A stretch of 24,000 bases of DNA from Melioribacteraceae bacterium (GTDB lineage: Bacteria > Bacteroidota > Ignavibacteria > Ignavibacteriales > Melioribacteraceae). Made by a program: the position numbers and the translations under genes. Positions 1 through 9,122 of the stretch are shown piece by piece (within the stretch, counting starts at the first letter, position 1; the number at the start of each line of letters is the position of its first letter). The notes below the pieces were generated by a model. That model had not been told where the DNA came from. It did not search any database and was given only the letters and a program-made list of their open reading frames with translations. Where the stretch lies: positions 1 through 24,000 of the forward strand of contig CAXXGF010000007.1 in NCBI GenBank assembly GCA_963677445.2. Reading direction: 5' to 3'.

Positions 1-2
1 AG

Positions 3-680
3 GTAAGCTGTCTGCTTGTTGAAAATTTTGTGATCACAATTCTTGAAAAAGAGACCGATATTTTCCTGCCCCTCGTAACAAGAATAAACAATCCTTCAGT
101 GCGTATAAGAAACCTTGGCCCCGATTATCTTTATTATGCCGTGCTTGATATTATGCTCGACAGCTATTTTAATATTAATGACACTCTGGAAGAAATTTTT
201 GAAGATTACGAGGAGAAGATTATTCTCGAAAGTAAAGATATCAGCGTCGCCAATATTCATGCCTATAGAAAAATGCTGCTTCGTTATCTTCACGCGGTAA
301 GGCCGATTAAAGATGTGATTCAGAAGATTTTGAAATCTGAAACTTCCCTTATTACCGAATCCATCCATCCTTATCTTAATGACCTGGCAGACCACTATCA
401 ATTGATCGCCGACTCGGCCGAATCGCTGAGAGAAATGAGTTCGGGACTTATGGATACCCATCTCAGTCTGGCAAGCAACAAAATGAATGAGGTTATGAAA
501 GTGCTCACAATAATAGCCACAATCTTTATCCCTTTAAGTTTTTTCGCCGGGCTTTATGGTATGAATTTCGAAAATATGCCGGAACTGAAATGGGAATATG
601 GTTATTTCATTTTACTCGGACTGATGTTCATCGCCACAGCCCTGATGCTCTGGTATTTCAGGAGAAAGGATTGGCTGTAG
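3..680 (+). CDS. corA: CorA-family Mg2+/Co2+ channel, C-terminal ~225 aa (5' end lies outside the window)
   Basis: The frame is open from the window edge, with no stop between nt 3 and the GTG at 30. The C-terminus has two hydrophobic helices flanking the signature YGMNFENMP (GMN motif) and ends RRKDWL*. Confidence 0.9.
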   Translation, partial: VSCLLVENFVITILEKETDIFLPLVTRINNPSVRIRNLGPDYLYYAVLDIMLDSYFNINDTLEEIFEDYEEKIILESKDISVANIHAYRKMLLRYLHAVRPIKDVIQKILKSETSLITESIHPYLNDLADHYQLIADSAESLREMSSGLMDTHLSLASNKMNEVMKVLTIIATIFIPLSFFAGLYGMNFENMPELKWEYGYFILLGLMFIATALMLWYFRRKDWL

Positions 681-934
681 ATTTTTTTTGAAGGGAGTAA
701 TTTTTGCCTGAATAATCAGTTACAGCAGAAATCCGATTGCTATCGGCTATTTTATGCAAAAGTAATTCAAAATAGGGTGTACTGAAAAAGTGATAAGTTA
801 TTGTAATAAAATAATATAGGGGGATTAAGCGTGGTAAAAGTGCAAGGGAATTAATATATTGCAATAAAAAAGCTTGCACTTATGATAAAAATAGAAGGTT
901 CTATATGAAATTTAGTGGGTAAAGTAATAAAATA

Positions 935-1106
935 GCGCATAAAGATATGAATCAAAGATTCGCAAATTGTCATGTTTGATTTCCGGAAACCAGCCCCTGG
1001 TCTTCACCACCACAGAGCGCACGGTCTTTAAAAAAGTGGATGAGTCTTAAAGTCCCTCTTACCCCCGACTGAGCCAGACGCTTTCAGCATTCCATATCTT
1101 TATGCG
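935..1106. repeat. MITE-like element or long hairpin bounded by a perfect 14-bp inverted repeat
   Basis: cgcataaagatatg (936-949) is the exact reverse complement of catatctttatgcg (1093-1106). The arms continue imperfectly inward. There is no ORF inside and no obvious target-site duplication. Confidence 0.4.
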
Positions 1107-1118
1107 TTTGCTGCTTTC

Positions 1119-1317
1119 GCCCTTTCAGGGCTCTGATAATGTTTTTGTTTTTCTTAACCAGGGCGTTGCCCCGGCCTGTTGCCTGCACCCTTTCAGGGTT
1201 TTATATCCATCTGTGACAAACTGGAATTATTATTAGAGCTGAAAGCGCGACAATCAACAGCCCCGGGCAACGCCCGGGGTAATAAAAGAAAAAGTGTATT
1301 TAAGCCCTTGTAGGGGC
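1119..1317. repeat. Cluster of five short GC-rich stem-loops in an AT-rich spacer
   Basis: The five hairpins are gccct-ttc-agggc (1119-1131), ccaggg-cgttg-ccccgg (1158-1174), accct-ttc-agggt (1187-1199), ccccggg-caacg-cccgggg (1261-1279) and gccc(t)-tgta-(g)gggc (1304-1317). Units 2 and 4 are inverted versions of each other (gggcgttgccc / gggcaacgccc). Confidence 0.5.
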
Positions 1318-1437
1318 GGAAGCTACACGTCGGGATTATCCGGTTATACTTTAACAAAAGGTTTTGTTTAATTGTCAGGACTGACAAAAATCACCCACTG
1401 TATTTCACATAGAACCAAAAAAGAACAAACTATTCTC

Positions 1438-1680
1438 ATGGAAATGATCAATATTCATGAGGCAAAAACAAATTTATCCCGAATTGCCGAAGAGGTTTCG
1501 GCAGGTAAAGAAATCATTATTGCCAAATCGGGAAAACCCAAAATGCGGCTTGTCCCTTTTGAATCCAATAAGACAAAAGTGAAATTCGGTTTACTGAAGG
1601 GTAAAATTGAAATCAGCGACGACTTTGACGCGCCCCTGCCGGATGAAATACTGGAAGATTTTTATGGTCCGGAAGAATGA
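1438..1680 (+). CDS. Type II antitoxin, Phd/YefM (prevent-host-death) family
   Basis: The N-terminus MEMINIHEAKTNLSRIAEEVSAGKEIIIAKSGKPKMRLVP is typical of Phd-type antitoxins. The stop overlaps the downstream PIN toxin start by 4 nt (ATGA at 1677-1680). The ATG at 1438 is preferred over the ORF-track start at 1372, whose extension runs into repeat DNA. Confidence 0.8.
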   Translation: MEMINIHEAKTNLSRIAEEVSAGKEIIIAKSGKPKMRLVPFESNKTKVKFGLLKGKIEISDDFDAPLPDEILEDFYGPEE

Positions 1681-2060
1681 GAATATTGCTTGATACACAG
1701 ATTCTGTTGTGGTGTCTGGATGATGGTAAAAAATTACCCGCTGAAGCAAAACGACAAATTTTAGCTGCTGATGAGGTTTATGCCAGTGGGGCAAATATAT
1801 GGGAAGTCGCGATAAAAATTTCCATTGGAAAAATCAAATTTGGAGTGGAGTTAAAGCATTTCGTTCAGGAGATTACAAGAAGCGGTTTCAGAATCCTCGA
1901 CATTAAACCTGACCATGCGTTACGGTTAGCTGAACTGGAAAATATTCACAGGGATCCTTTCGACAGAATGCTTGTTGCCCAAAGTATTTCGGAACCGCTT
2001 CACCTGATGACCTGTGATTCTTTGGTAGCTAAATATAAGTCAAATATCATTTTGATCTGA
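1677..2060 (+). CDS. vapC: PIN-domain ribonuclease toxin, VapC family
   Basis: MRILLDTQILLW (N-terminal acidic Asp), IWEVAIKISIGKI and HRDPFDRMLVAQS followed by LMTCD match the PIN-toxin pattern that pairs with Phd-type antitoxins. It is translationally coupled to the upstream antitoxin. Confidence 0.85.
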   Translation: MRILLDTQILLWCLDDGKKLPAEAKRQILAADEVYASGANIWEVAIKISIGKIKFGVELKHFVQEITRSGFRILDIKPDHALRLAELENIHRDPFDRMLVAQSISEPLHLMTCDSLVAKYKSNIILI

Positions 2061-2096
2061 GAGCCGCCCGAATTCCAAATCTAAGTCGATAAAAGC

Positions 2097-2449
2097 CTAA
2101 CCACAAGGAACACAGGGAAGGCACAAAGAACACAAGGGAATAACTCCGCGCCTTTAGGCCGGAGACCTCGGGCTGACGTGAACACACTCAAAGGGCTTTA
2201 GCCCAAAGAACGGTTGTTGGCGAATGACCATCTTTGCGCATTCCAACCCCGCCATTGTCTGAACCATAATTAAAGGATTTGTGGATTACCTGATTATTTT
2301 TCGGTATCGGTATCGGTATCGGTATCGAAAAATCAGAGTAAGAGTATGAGTATGAGTATGATGACCAGGTTGGGTGACGGCGCCGGGGGTGTTGATTTTG
2401 TTCTGGGGGGTGGGATTATGATTAAGATTACGATTAAGATTATGATTTT
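2097..2449 (-). repeat. Mosaic intergenic repeat, copy A (core inverted relative to copies B and C) plus three hexanucleotide arrays
   Basis: The reverse complement of 2097-2327 aligns module by module with 16725-16947 and 19486-19690. It is followed by (cggtat)x4 at 2302-2325, (agagta/tgagta)x5 at 2335-2364, a G-rich spacer, and (gattaN)x6 at 2414-2449. Confidence 0.8.
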
Positions 2450-2552
2450 AAAGGATAGGATATTCTTATTTGGTTAGAATAATATCATGATATTTCGTAA
2501 TTTGCGCTTTAAGCAGAATAAGAAATAGTTTAATAATCCAGAGAGAATTTTA

Positions 2553-4091
2553 ATGAAAAAAATCCTTCCGCTGATTTTATTATCCCTGTTATTGTTTGCG
2601 TGCGGGGCGAAAAGGGAAAATGAACCGCGCAGGCATATGTTCCTCAGCAATGAAAAGTTATTTGAGTTCAATAACCTGAGAATTTACCAGGTGATGGTGG
2701 AATCCTTTATAGATGGCGATCCTGAAAGAAACTATGACACCGGGTATGGCCCGAGTCACCACAAAGGTGATCTTAAGGGAATTACTAAAGCTCTGCCATA
2801 TATAAAAAGTCTTGGTGTTAACGCCATCTGGTTGACGCCCATCTTCGATTCTGAGAAAGGAAACGGCGGCAATCCCCGGCTCGACGCGACAGGTTATTTC
2901 CCCCGCAACTACTTCAAGGTTGATCCCAATTTCGGCACGATGGAAGACGCGAAGGAGATGGTGAGGAAAGCTCATGAACTGGGACTATATGTAATTATGG
3001 ATGGAGTATTCGGACACAGCAAGGGAAATGTTCCCCCATCGCCGAATGGAAATAACATCTATGGCGATCCGGCGCACCATTCTTTCCCCGAAAGCCTCGA
3101 ATTTTTCAGGGAAGTGGCAGTATGGTGGATAAATGAAATTGAAATAGATGGCTGGCGGCTTGATCAGGCTTACCAGGTTCCGACATATTGCTGGAAAGTT
3201 ATCCGGGAGGATGTGGAAAAACTATGCGCCAAAAGGAAAGCGGCCGGCAAAAAATGGGGAACCCTGGGTTACATGGTAGCCGAAATATGGAACAGCGAGT
3301 TTGTTATATCGGAAAAAGGATATGGCACTGTTGATACCGCCGGACTTTTTTCAGCGTTCGATTTCCCGATGCGCTACCGAATCGTTCAGGCGCTCGCAGT
3401 TGAGGAAAACGGCCATGGCAAAACTCCCGCCTGGATACTTGAGAATGGTTACGCCACCCATAAGGTTTATCCCGAGTTTGCCATCCCCAACCTGATGCTC
3501 GGCAATCATGATCTTGTGCGTTTTGGCGATCTGCTGGAAAGAGCGGGTTACGGAGGCAGGGACAACGAAGAATACTGGCAGAGGCATAAATGCGCCTTTA
3601 CATTCATGGCAACTTATACAGGTCCCATTACTATTTATTATGGTGATGAGATCGGGTATGACCACCCAAATTATTATAAATTACTCAACAGGACTACCGA
3701 TTCCTGCATCGTTAAAAATTTATGTGATGATCATGTTTCACGCACATCGGGTAAAATTTCAAGATTTGACGAAAAGGAAAAAGATCTGCAGAATTTCCTC
3801 AGGAAAATGTTAAAACTGAGGGAGGAATATCCGGCGTTATCACAGGGAGAGAGGACGAATATACTCGCAAATGAAATTTTTCATGCCGATTTGAAAACTT
3901 TTAAGGGAGAAAAGCTTCTAATAATTATAAACACAACCGGATCTCCGGCAGAATTTGTTATTAAAGCCGAACAAATTCCGGGGAAAAAACTGCATGACAT
4001 TTTATCCGGAAGTGAAATCAGCGCCACGGATGGTGAATTCTGCGGAAATCTTGACAAACTTTCCGGCGCTTTTTACAAAATAATAAATTAA
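2553..4091 (+). CDS. GH13 alpha-amylase-family glycoside hydrolase, lipoprotein
   Basis: It has a lipobox signal (MKKILPLILLSLLLFAC) and the four GH13 conserved regions: VIMDGVFGH, DGWRLDQA, MVAEIW and LGNHD. Confidence 0.9.
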   Translation: MKKILPLILLSLLLFACGAKRENEPRRHMFLSNEKLFEFNNLRIYQVMVESFIDGDPERNYDTGYGPSHHKGDLKGITKALPYIKSLGVNAIWLTPIFDSEKGNGGNPRLDATGYFPRNYFKVDPNFGTMEDAKEMVRKAHELGLYVIMDGVFGHSKGNVPPSPNGNNIYGDPAHHSFPESLEFFREVAVWWINEIEIDGWRLDQAYQVPTYCWKVIREDVEKLCAKRKAAGKKWGTLGYMVAEIWNSEFVISEKGYGTVDTAGLFSAFDFPMRYRIVQALAVEENGHGKTPAWILENGYATHKVYPEFAIPNLMLGNHDLVRFGDLLERAGYGGRDNEEYWQRHKCAFTFMATYTGPITIYYGDEIGYDHPNYYKLLNRTTDSCIVKNLCDDHVSRTSGKISRFDEKEKDLQNFLRKMLKLREEYPALSQGERTNILANEIFHADLKTFKGEKLLIIINTTGSPAEFVIKAEQIPGKKLHDILSGSEISATDGEFCGNLDKLSGAFYKIIN

Positions 4092-4103
4092 TCAGGGAGA
4101 ATT

Positions 4104-7100
4104 ATGTTCAAAAAATTCGTTTTTCTGTTACTGTTTTTACTTATTTCCATCCCGGCGGCGGGACAGAACAAATCACACATCCCCGACGCTCTCATGCTCC
4201 GTTATCCCGATGTAAGCAAGACTGAAATAACCTTTATTTACGCCGGTGATATCTGGGTAGCCCCCAAAACGGGAGGAATGGCCCGCAGGTTAAGTTCGGC
4301 CGATGGCAATGAATCCTTTCCGAAATTTTCACCCGACGGATCGCAGATCGCCTTTACAGCCAACTATGACGGCAACCGGGACCTCTATATTACAGGCTCG
4401 CTCGGCGGAGCGCCCTACAGAGTAACACATCACTCAGCCTCCGATAATATGGTTGACTGGTACCCGGACGGCAAAAGTCTGCTTTACCAAACCGCCATGA
4501 CATCCCCTTCCGGAAGATACAGCCAGCTCTATAAAGTACCGGTAAAGGGTGGCCTGCCGGAAAAACTGCCTATGGATTATGGTGATTTTGCTTCTCTTAA
4601 TTCCGACGCCTCAAAGATTGTTTATCAGCCATCCAACCGTGAGTTTGCCACCTGGAAAAGATACCGGGGGGGTATGGCAAGCCAGCTTTGGATATATGAT
4701 CTGAAAAACAACAAGTCGGAAAAAATGACAGAATTTGCCGGGGCCGACGCGCTCCCTATGTGGCATGGCAACACTATCTATTTCCTTTCCGACCGTGATG
4801 ACAACAAAAAACTGAATATCTGGGCTTATGACACCGGGAGCAAAAAATTCACCCGGGTAACAAAATTTGATGAATATGATGTAAAATGGCCCTCGCTCGG
4901 ACCCGAAGAGATTGTGTTCGAAAACGGAGGCAAGCTTTATCTTCTCGATCTGGCGAGCGGGAAAAGCAAAGCGGTTGAGATATCCATTCCTTCCGAACTG
5001 CTGCAGTCACGCCCCGCCAATAAAAATGTAGCGGGTAATATTGAAGGATACAACCTTTCACCCAAAGCCAACAGGGTGGTATTTGAAGCCCGCGGCGATA
5101 TTTACACCGTCCCGAAAGAACATGGCAGCACAAGGAATCTTACTCAGACAAGCGGTGTTGCTGAAAGAGATCCTGTATGGTCACCCGACGGAAAATATAT
5201 CGCTTATCTTTCAGATAAAACGGGCGAATATGAAATATACCTGCGTGAGCCGGGTCTGACTGGAAAAGAGAAACAGCTTACCAGCGGCGGCGAGGCTTAC
5301 CGTTACAACCTTAAATGGTCGCCCGATAGCAAGAAAATCGCTTTTTCAGATAAAGCGGGCAAAATTTATATCGCCGACGCGGAATCGGGAAGCATAACAG
5401 AAGTTGATAAAAATGATTTTTATTTTTTCACCGATTTCGACTGGTCACCCGACAGCAGGTGGTTCGCTTATCAGAAACATGAAACATTTTCGGTAAGATC
5501 AATTTTTATATACGATACAAAAGAGGAAAAAATTCACAGGGTTACCGATAATTATTATAACGATTCACAGCCTGTATTTGATCCCGACGGCAAATATCTT
5601 TATTTCTATTCCAACCGCACCTTCCGCCCGGTTTACAGCGACTACCAGCGGACATGGGTATATCCCAACGCCACTTATATTTACGCCCTGGTGCTCAATA
5701 GCGAGGAAAAATCACCTTTTGCTCCCCGCAGTGATGAAGTGGAAATAAAGGAGGAAAAAAAGGAAGACGCTGATAAAGATGAAGAGAAAAAGGAAGAGAA
5801 AAAAGAGGAAGATGACGACGCTGTAGTGATCGATTTTAACGATATGGAAAAGAGAATCGTACAGCTTGGAAGCGACGGCGGCAATGTCGGCAATATGGAA
5901 GCTGTATCCGGCAAGGTACTCTATATTATCAATCCCGTTTCGGGTGAAAGAACTTCAGGACCCTCCGGCACATTAAAATATTATGACCTTGAGGAGCGGG
6001 AAGCCAAAACAATAATGAGCGGGATATCTAACTTTACCGTATCTCCCGACGGCAAAAATATTCTTTACAGAGCGGGAGGAACATTCGGCGTTATCGGAAT
6101 CAGCGCGGGTAAAAAAGTCGGAGACGGCAAGCTCGATCTCGGCGGCCTGCAGACTGTAGTTGACCTGAAGCAGGAATGGAAACAGATATTCCGTGAAGGC
6201 TGGAGAGTGGAAAGAGATTATTTCTACGATCCCGGCATGCATGGCGTCGACTGGGATAAAATGTATGACCGCTATTCAAAACTGCTCCCTTATGTGAATA
6301 GCAGAAGTGATCTTACCTATATTATGGGTGAGATGATAGCCGAACTTAGTGTGTCGCACGCTTATATCGGCGGCGGCGATCAGGAAAGGGCAGCGACTAT
6401 CAATGTGGGACTGCTCGGCTGCGATTATAAGATCAAAGATGGATATTTCACTTTCAGCAAAATTTATGAAGGCGCCCCCTGGGATTATCACGATACCCGC
6501 TCACCACTCAGAGAGCCTGGCATTGATGTTAAGGAAGGTGAATATCTTATAGCCGTCAATGGCCGCAAACCGGATATCAAAAAAGATCCGTGGGCCGCTT
6601 TCCAGGGACTCGCAGGCGAGGTGGTAACTCTTACCATCAACGACAAACCCTCATCCGACGGCGCCCGTGAAATAATGGTCGAACCGATGAGAAGTGAAGC
6701 TTCACTCAGGAATATGGCCTGGATTGAACACAACAGGGCCAAAGTTGATAAAGCCACAAACGGACGCTGCGGTTATATATATGTGCCCAATACAGGCATC
6801 AACGGCCAGACAGAACTTCTCAGGCAGTTTATGGCTCAGTACACCAAAGACGCGCTGATCATCGATGACCGCTTTAACGCCGGCGGCCAGATTCCTGACC
6901 GGTTTATCGAACTGCTTAACCGCCAGGTTTACAGTTACTGGGCAAGAAGAGATTTTAATAATTACCGCACTCCGTTTGTTACCAATACCGGCCCCAAGGT
7001 AATGCTGATGAACGAGTGGTCAGGCTCCGGCGGCGACGCTTTCCCCTATTTCTTCCGCCAGGCGGGACTCGGCAAACTTGTTGGTAAACGCACATGGGGA

Positions 7101-7373
7101 GGACTCGTGGGAATCAGCGGCAATCCCGGTTTCATTGATGGCGGCTACATCACCGCACCCACATTCGGATTCTGGACTCCCGACGGCAACTGGGATGTGG
7201 AAAACCACGGCGTCGATCCCGATCCCGGCTGCGATATCGACAACATGCCCCACCTCCTCGCCAAAGATATCGATCAGCAGCTCGACAAAGCCATAGAAAT
7301 CATCAAAGATGAACTAAGCAAAAATCCCCCGCCAAAACCTGAAAAACCAGATTATCCCGATAAATCGAAATAA
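4104..7373 (+). CDS. Tricorn-protease-like S41 peptidase (secreted, 1089 aa)
   Basis: It has a signal peptide (MFKKFVFLLLFLLISIPAAG) and repeated beta-propeller (F/W)SPDG motifs (FSPDGSQIAF, WSPDGKYIAY, WSPDSKKIAF, WSPDSRWFAY, FDPDGKYLYF, VSPDGKNILY). A PDZ-like middle is followed by a C-terminal catalytic-type segment NEWSGSGGDAFPYFF. It lies 12 nt after the amylase gene, with AGGGAG upstream of the ATG. Confidence 0.85.
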   Translation: MFKKFVFLLLFLLISIPAAGQNKSHIPDALMLRYPDVSKTEITFIYAGDIWVAPKTGGMARRLSSADGNESFPKFSPDGSQIAFTANYDGNRDLYITGSLGGAPYRVTHHSASDNMVDWYPDGKSLLYQTAMTSPSGRYSQLYKVPVKGGLPEKLPMDYGDFASLNSDASKIVYQPSNREFATWKRYRGGMASQLWIYDLKNNKSEKMTEFAGADALPMWHGNTIYFLSDRDDNKKLNIWAYDTGSKKFTRVTKFDEYDVKWPSLGPEEIVFENGGKLYLLDLASGKSKAVEISIPSELLQSRPANKNVAGNIEGYNLSPKANRVVFEARGDIYTVPKEHGSTRNLTQTSGVAERDPVWSPDGKYIAYLSDKTGEYEIYLREPGLTGKEKQLTSGGEAYRYNLKWSPDSKKIAFSDKAGKIYIADAESGSITEVDKNDFYFFTDFDWSPDSRWFAYQKHETFSVRSIFIYDTKEEKIHRVTDNYYNDSQPVFDPDGKYLYFYSNRTFRPVYSDYQRTWVYPNATYIYALVLNSEEKSPFAPRSDEVEIKEEKKEDADKDEEKKEEKKEEDDDAVVIDFNDMEKRIVQLGSDGGNVGNMEAVSGKVLYIINPVSGERTSGPSGTLKYYDLEEREAKTIMSGISNFTVSPDGKNILYRAGGTFGVIGISAGKKVGDGKLDLGGLQTVVDLKQEWKQIFREGWRVERDYFYDPGMHGVDWDKMYDRYSKLLPYVNSRSDLTYIMGEMIAELSVSHAYIGGGDQERAATINVGLLGCDYKIKDGYFTFSKIYEGAPWDYHDTRSPLREPGIDVKEGEYLIAVNGRKPDIKKDPWAAFQGLAGEVVTLTINDKPSSDGAREIMVEPMRSEASLRNMAWIEHNRAKVDKATNGRCGYIYVPNTGINGQTELLRQFMAQYTKDALIIDDRFNAGGQIPDRFIELLNRQVYSYWARRDFNNYRTPFVTNTGPKVMLMNEWSGSGGDAFPYFFRQAGLGKLVGKRTWGGLVGISGNPGFIDGGYITAPTFGFWTPDGNWDVENHGVDPDPGCDIDNMPHLLAKDIDQQLDKAIEIIKDELSKNPPPKPEKPDYPDKSK

Positions 7374-7380
7374 ATTGTGA

Positions 7381-7407
7381 AAGCCCCGCGGAAGCGGGGC
7401 TTTTTTT
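7381..7407 (+). terminator. Rho-independent terminator after the tricorn-like gene
   Basis: aagccccgc-ggaa-gcggggctt forms a 9-bp GC-rich stem with a GGAA loop and runs into a T7 tract, 8 nt after the stop codon. On the opposite strand the T tract is only 3 nt, so it is a weak terminator at best for hsdM. Confidence 0.85.
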
Positions 7408-7493
7408 GAAAAACTGTGAAAAACTTAATTCTACCACTCCTTTCGCCAAGGTTGTAGTGTACTTGAACTTGTGGGTTGGCATTACATTTATTT

Positions 7494-9122
7494 TTATATT
7501 GTTTTTAATCCCAACTCTTTCAGGAATTCATTGTGTTTTTCAGTATTGGTCTTTATCCTTTCATTTATCGATTTCAAGTCTGCGTTAACTTTATCCAGGT
7601 CAATTGAAATTTCATCTTCTGCTGTGCTGACATATCTTGAAATGTTAAGGTTGTAACCATTCTTTTCAATTTCTTCCATCGAAACTTTTCTTGAAAAGCG
7701 TTCCGTTTCTTTTCTGTATTTATAAGTCTCTACTATAGATTTAATATGTTTTTCAGCTAAACTGTTCTGTCGTTTTCCATTTTCATATTGCTCACTGGCA
7801 TTAATGAATAAAACATCATCTTCTTTTTTACATTTTTTTAATACAAGAATGCAAACAGGAATTCCCGTTGAATAAAACAGTTTAGATGGCAAACCAATAA
7901 CTGTGTCAATATTGTTATCTTTTAATAGCTTGGTGCGAATTCGTTCTTCCGCTCCGCCACGGAATAAAACGCCATGGGGAAGTATGATAGCCATGGTTCC
8001 TTCACCACTTAAAAAATGAAATCCATGTAACAAAAAAGCAAAATCGGCTGCAGATTTTGGAGCCAGCCCATAACTTTTAAAACGGAAATCTTCTGCCAGG
8101 GTATCGTTCGGTTCCCATCGTAAGCTAAAAGGAGGATTTGCCACGATGGCTTCGAATTCCATTTTTTTTGCCGGATTCATTTCATTAAGAATATCCCATT
8201 GGTTGATCAGGGTATCTCCATGAAATATTTCAAACTCGGTATCTTTCATGCCATGCAGCAACATGTTCATACGGGCCAGATTATAGGTGGTAATGTTCTT
8301 TTCCTGACCATATATTTTGCCGATATTGCCACCGTTATCCTTAATTCGTTTTCTCACATTCAACAATAATGAACCTGAGCCGCAGGCAAAATCCAGCGCG
8401 TTATCCAGTTTGCCTTTCTTTCCAGTGCTTGGGTCTTGACTATCAAGTGTTACAATTTCCGAAAGAATGGTTGAAATTTGTTGGGGAGTATAAAATTCGC
8501 CTGCTTTTTTGCCCGAACCTGCGGCAAATTGACCAATCAGATATTCATACGCATCCCCAAGGGTATCGGTGTCAGTGGAAAAATCAGCAATTCCTTCCGC
8601 AATTTTTTGGATAATGGTGCAAAGTTTTTTATTTCGTTCAGTGGGTGTTTTTCCAAGTTTATCAGAATTTAAGTTTATTTCCGAAAACAAACCCTGGAAA
8701 GAATTTTCAAACGATTCGTTTTCAATGTATTTAAAACCTTTTACCAGTGTTTCAAGCAATTCTCCATCCTGCGTGCGGGCAAGTTCTGTGATATTATTCC
8801 ACAAAAATTCCGGTTTGACTACATAATGCACTTTTCTACGCATTTGTTTTTCAAAGTCAACAACATCATCCGGATTTTCTTTGTACCATTTCTCTAATGG
8901 TGGCTTAATCTTAAGTTTAGAGGTTATATCCGGTGGGGTATCGGCCGGGTAATCACGCCCCAATTCCTTTTTTGCAGACTCTTCATAATTTGTAGACAAA
9001 TATTTTAGAAAAAGAAATGAAAGCATATAATCACGGAAATCGTCCGCGTTCATCGCTCCACGAAGTTGGTCTGCTATGTCCCAAAGGGTTTTACCCAGTT
9101 GTTGTTGTTCTTTTTGTGTCAT
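7494..9122 (-). CDS. hsdM: Type I restriction-modification system, N6-adenine DNA methyltransferase subunit M
   Basis: It has an HsdM N-terminal domain (LGKTLWDIADQLRG), SAM motif I (DFACGSGSLLL) and catalytic motif IV (VANPPFSLRW). Its ATG overlaps the upstream gene's TGA (ATGA at 9119-9122). Confidence 0.95.
   Translation of the reverse strand: MTQKEQQQLGKTLWDIADQLRGAMNADDFRDYMLSFLFLKYLSTNYEESAKKELGRDYPADTPPDITSKLKIKPPLEKWYKENPDDVVDFEKQMRRKVHYVVKPEFLWNNITELARTQDGELLETLVKGFKYIENESFENSFQGLFSEINLNSDKLGKTPTERNKKLCTIIQKIAEGIADFSTDTDTLGDAYEYLIGQFAAGSGKKAGEFYTPQQISTILSEIVTLDSQDPSTGKKGKLDNALDFACGSGSLLLNVRKRIKDNGGNIGKIYGQEKNITTYNLARMNMLLHGMKDTEFEIFHGDTLINQWDILNEMNPAKKMEFEAIVANPPFSLRWEPNDTLAEDFRFKSYGLAPKSAADFAFLLHGFHFLSGEGTMAIILPHGVLFRGGAEERIRTKLLKDNNIDTVIGLPSKLFYSTGIPVCILVLKKCKKEDDVLFINASEQYENGKRQNSLAEKHIKSIVETYKYRKETERFSRKVSMEEIEKNGYNLNISRYVSTAEDEISIDLDKVNADLKSINERIKTNTEKHNEFLKELGLKTI

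Noticed and set aside
1372-1437. The longer N-terminal extension of the antitoxin ORF (MSGLTKITHCISHRTKKEQTIL).
   Set aside because: The extension starts inside repeat or hairpin DNA and is not part of the Phd-type fold. The ATG at 1438 gives the canonical MEMINIHEAK N-terminus.
2301-2449. Possible CRISPR array (short tandem repeats; also the dispersed repeat copies at 16.6, 17.4 and 19.4 kb).
   Set aside because: The units are 6 bp with no unique spacers. The dispersed copies are 130-350 bp and kilobases apart. No cas genes or leader are present.
2490-2552. A Bacteroidota-style -7 promoter box (TAnnTTTG) upstream of the amylase gene (cgtaatttgcg).
   Set aside because: It does not match the consensus exactly, and the genome shows Shine-Dalgarno-type RBSs, so the promoter model itself is uncertain.
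5681-5914. A 77-aa Ser/Phe-rich ORF on the minus strand.
   Set aside because: It is simply the antisense of the purine-rich charged linker inside the tricorn-like gene.
7440-7481. Possible degenerate fragment of the repeat tail (ttgtagtgtacttgaacttgtgggttgg versus ...cttgtgccttctttgtgtcccatgtggtcagg) at the left island border.
   Set aside because: It is too short and too diverged to call by eye. It would need a statistical alignment against many copies.
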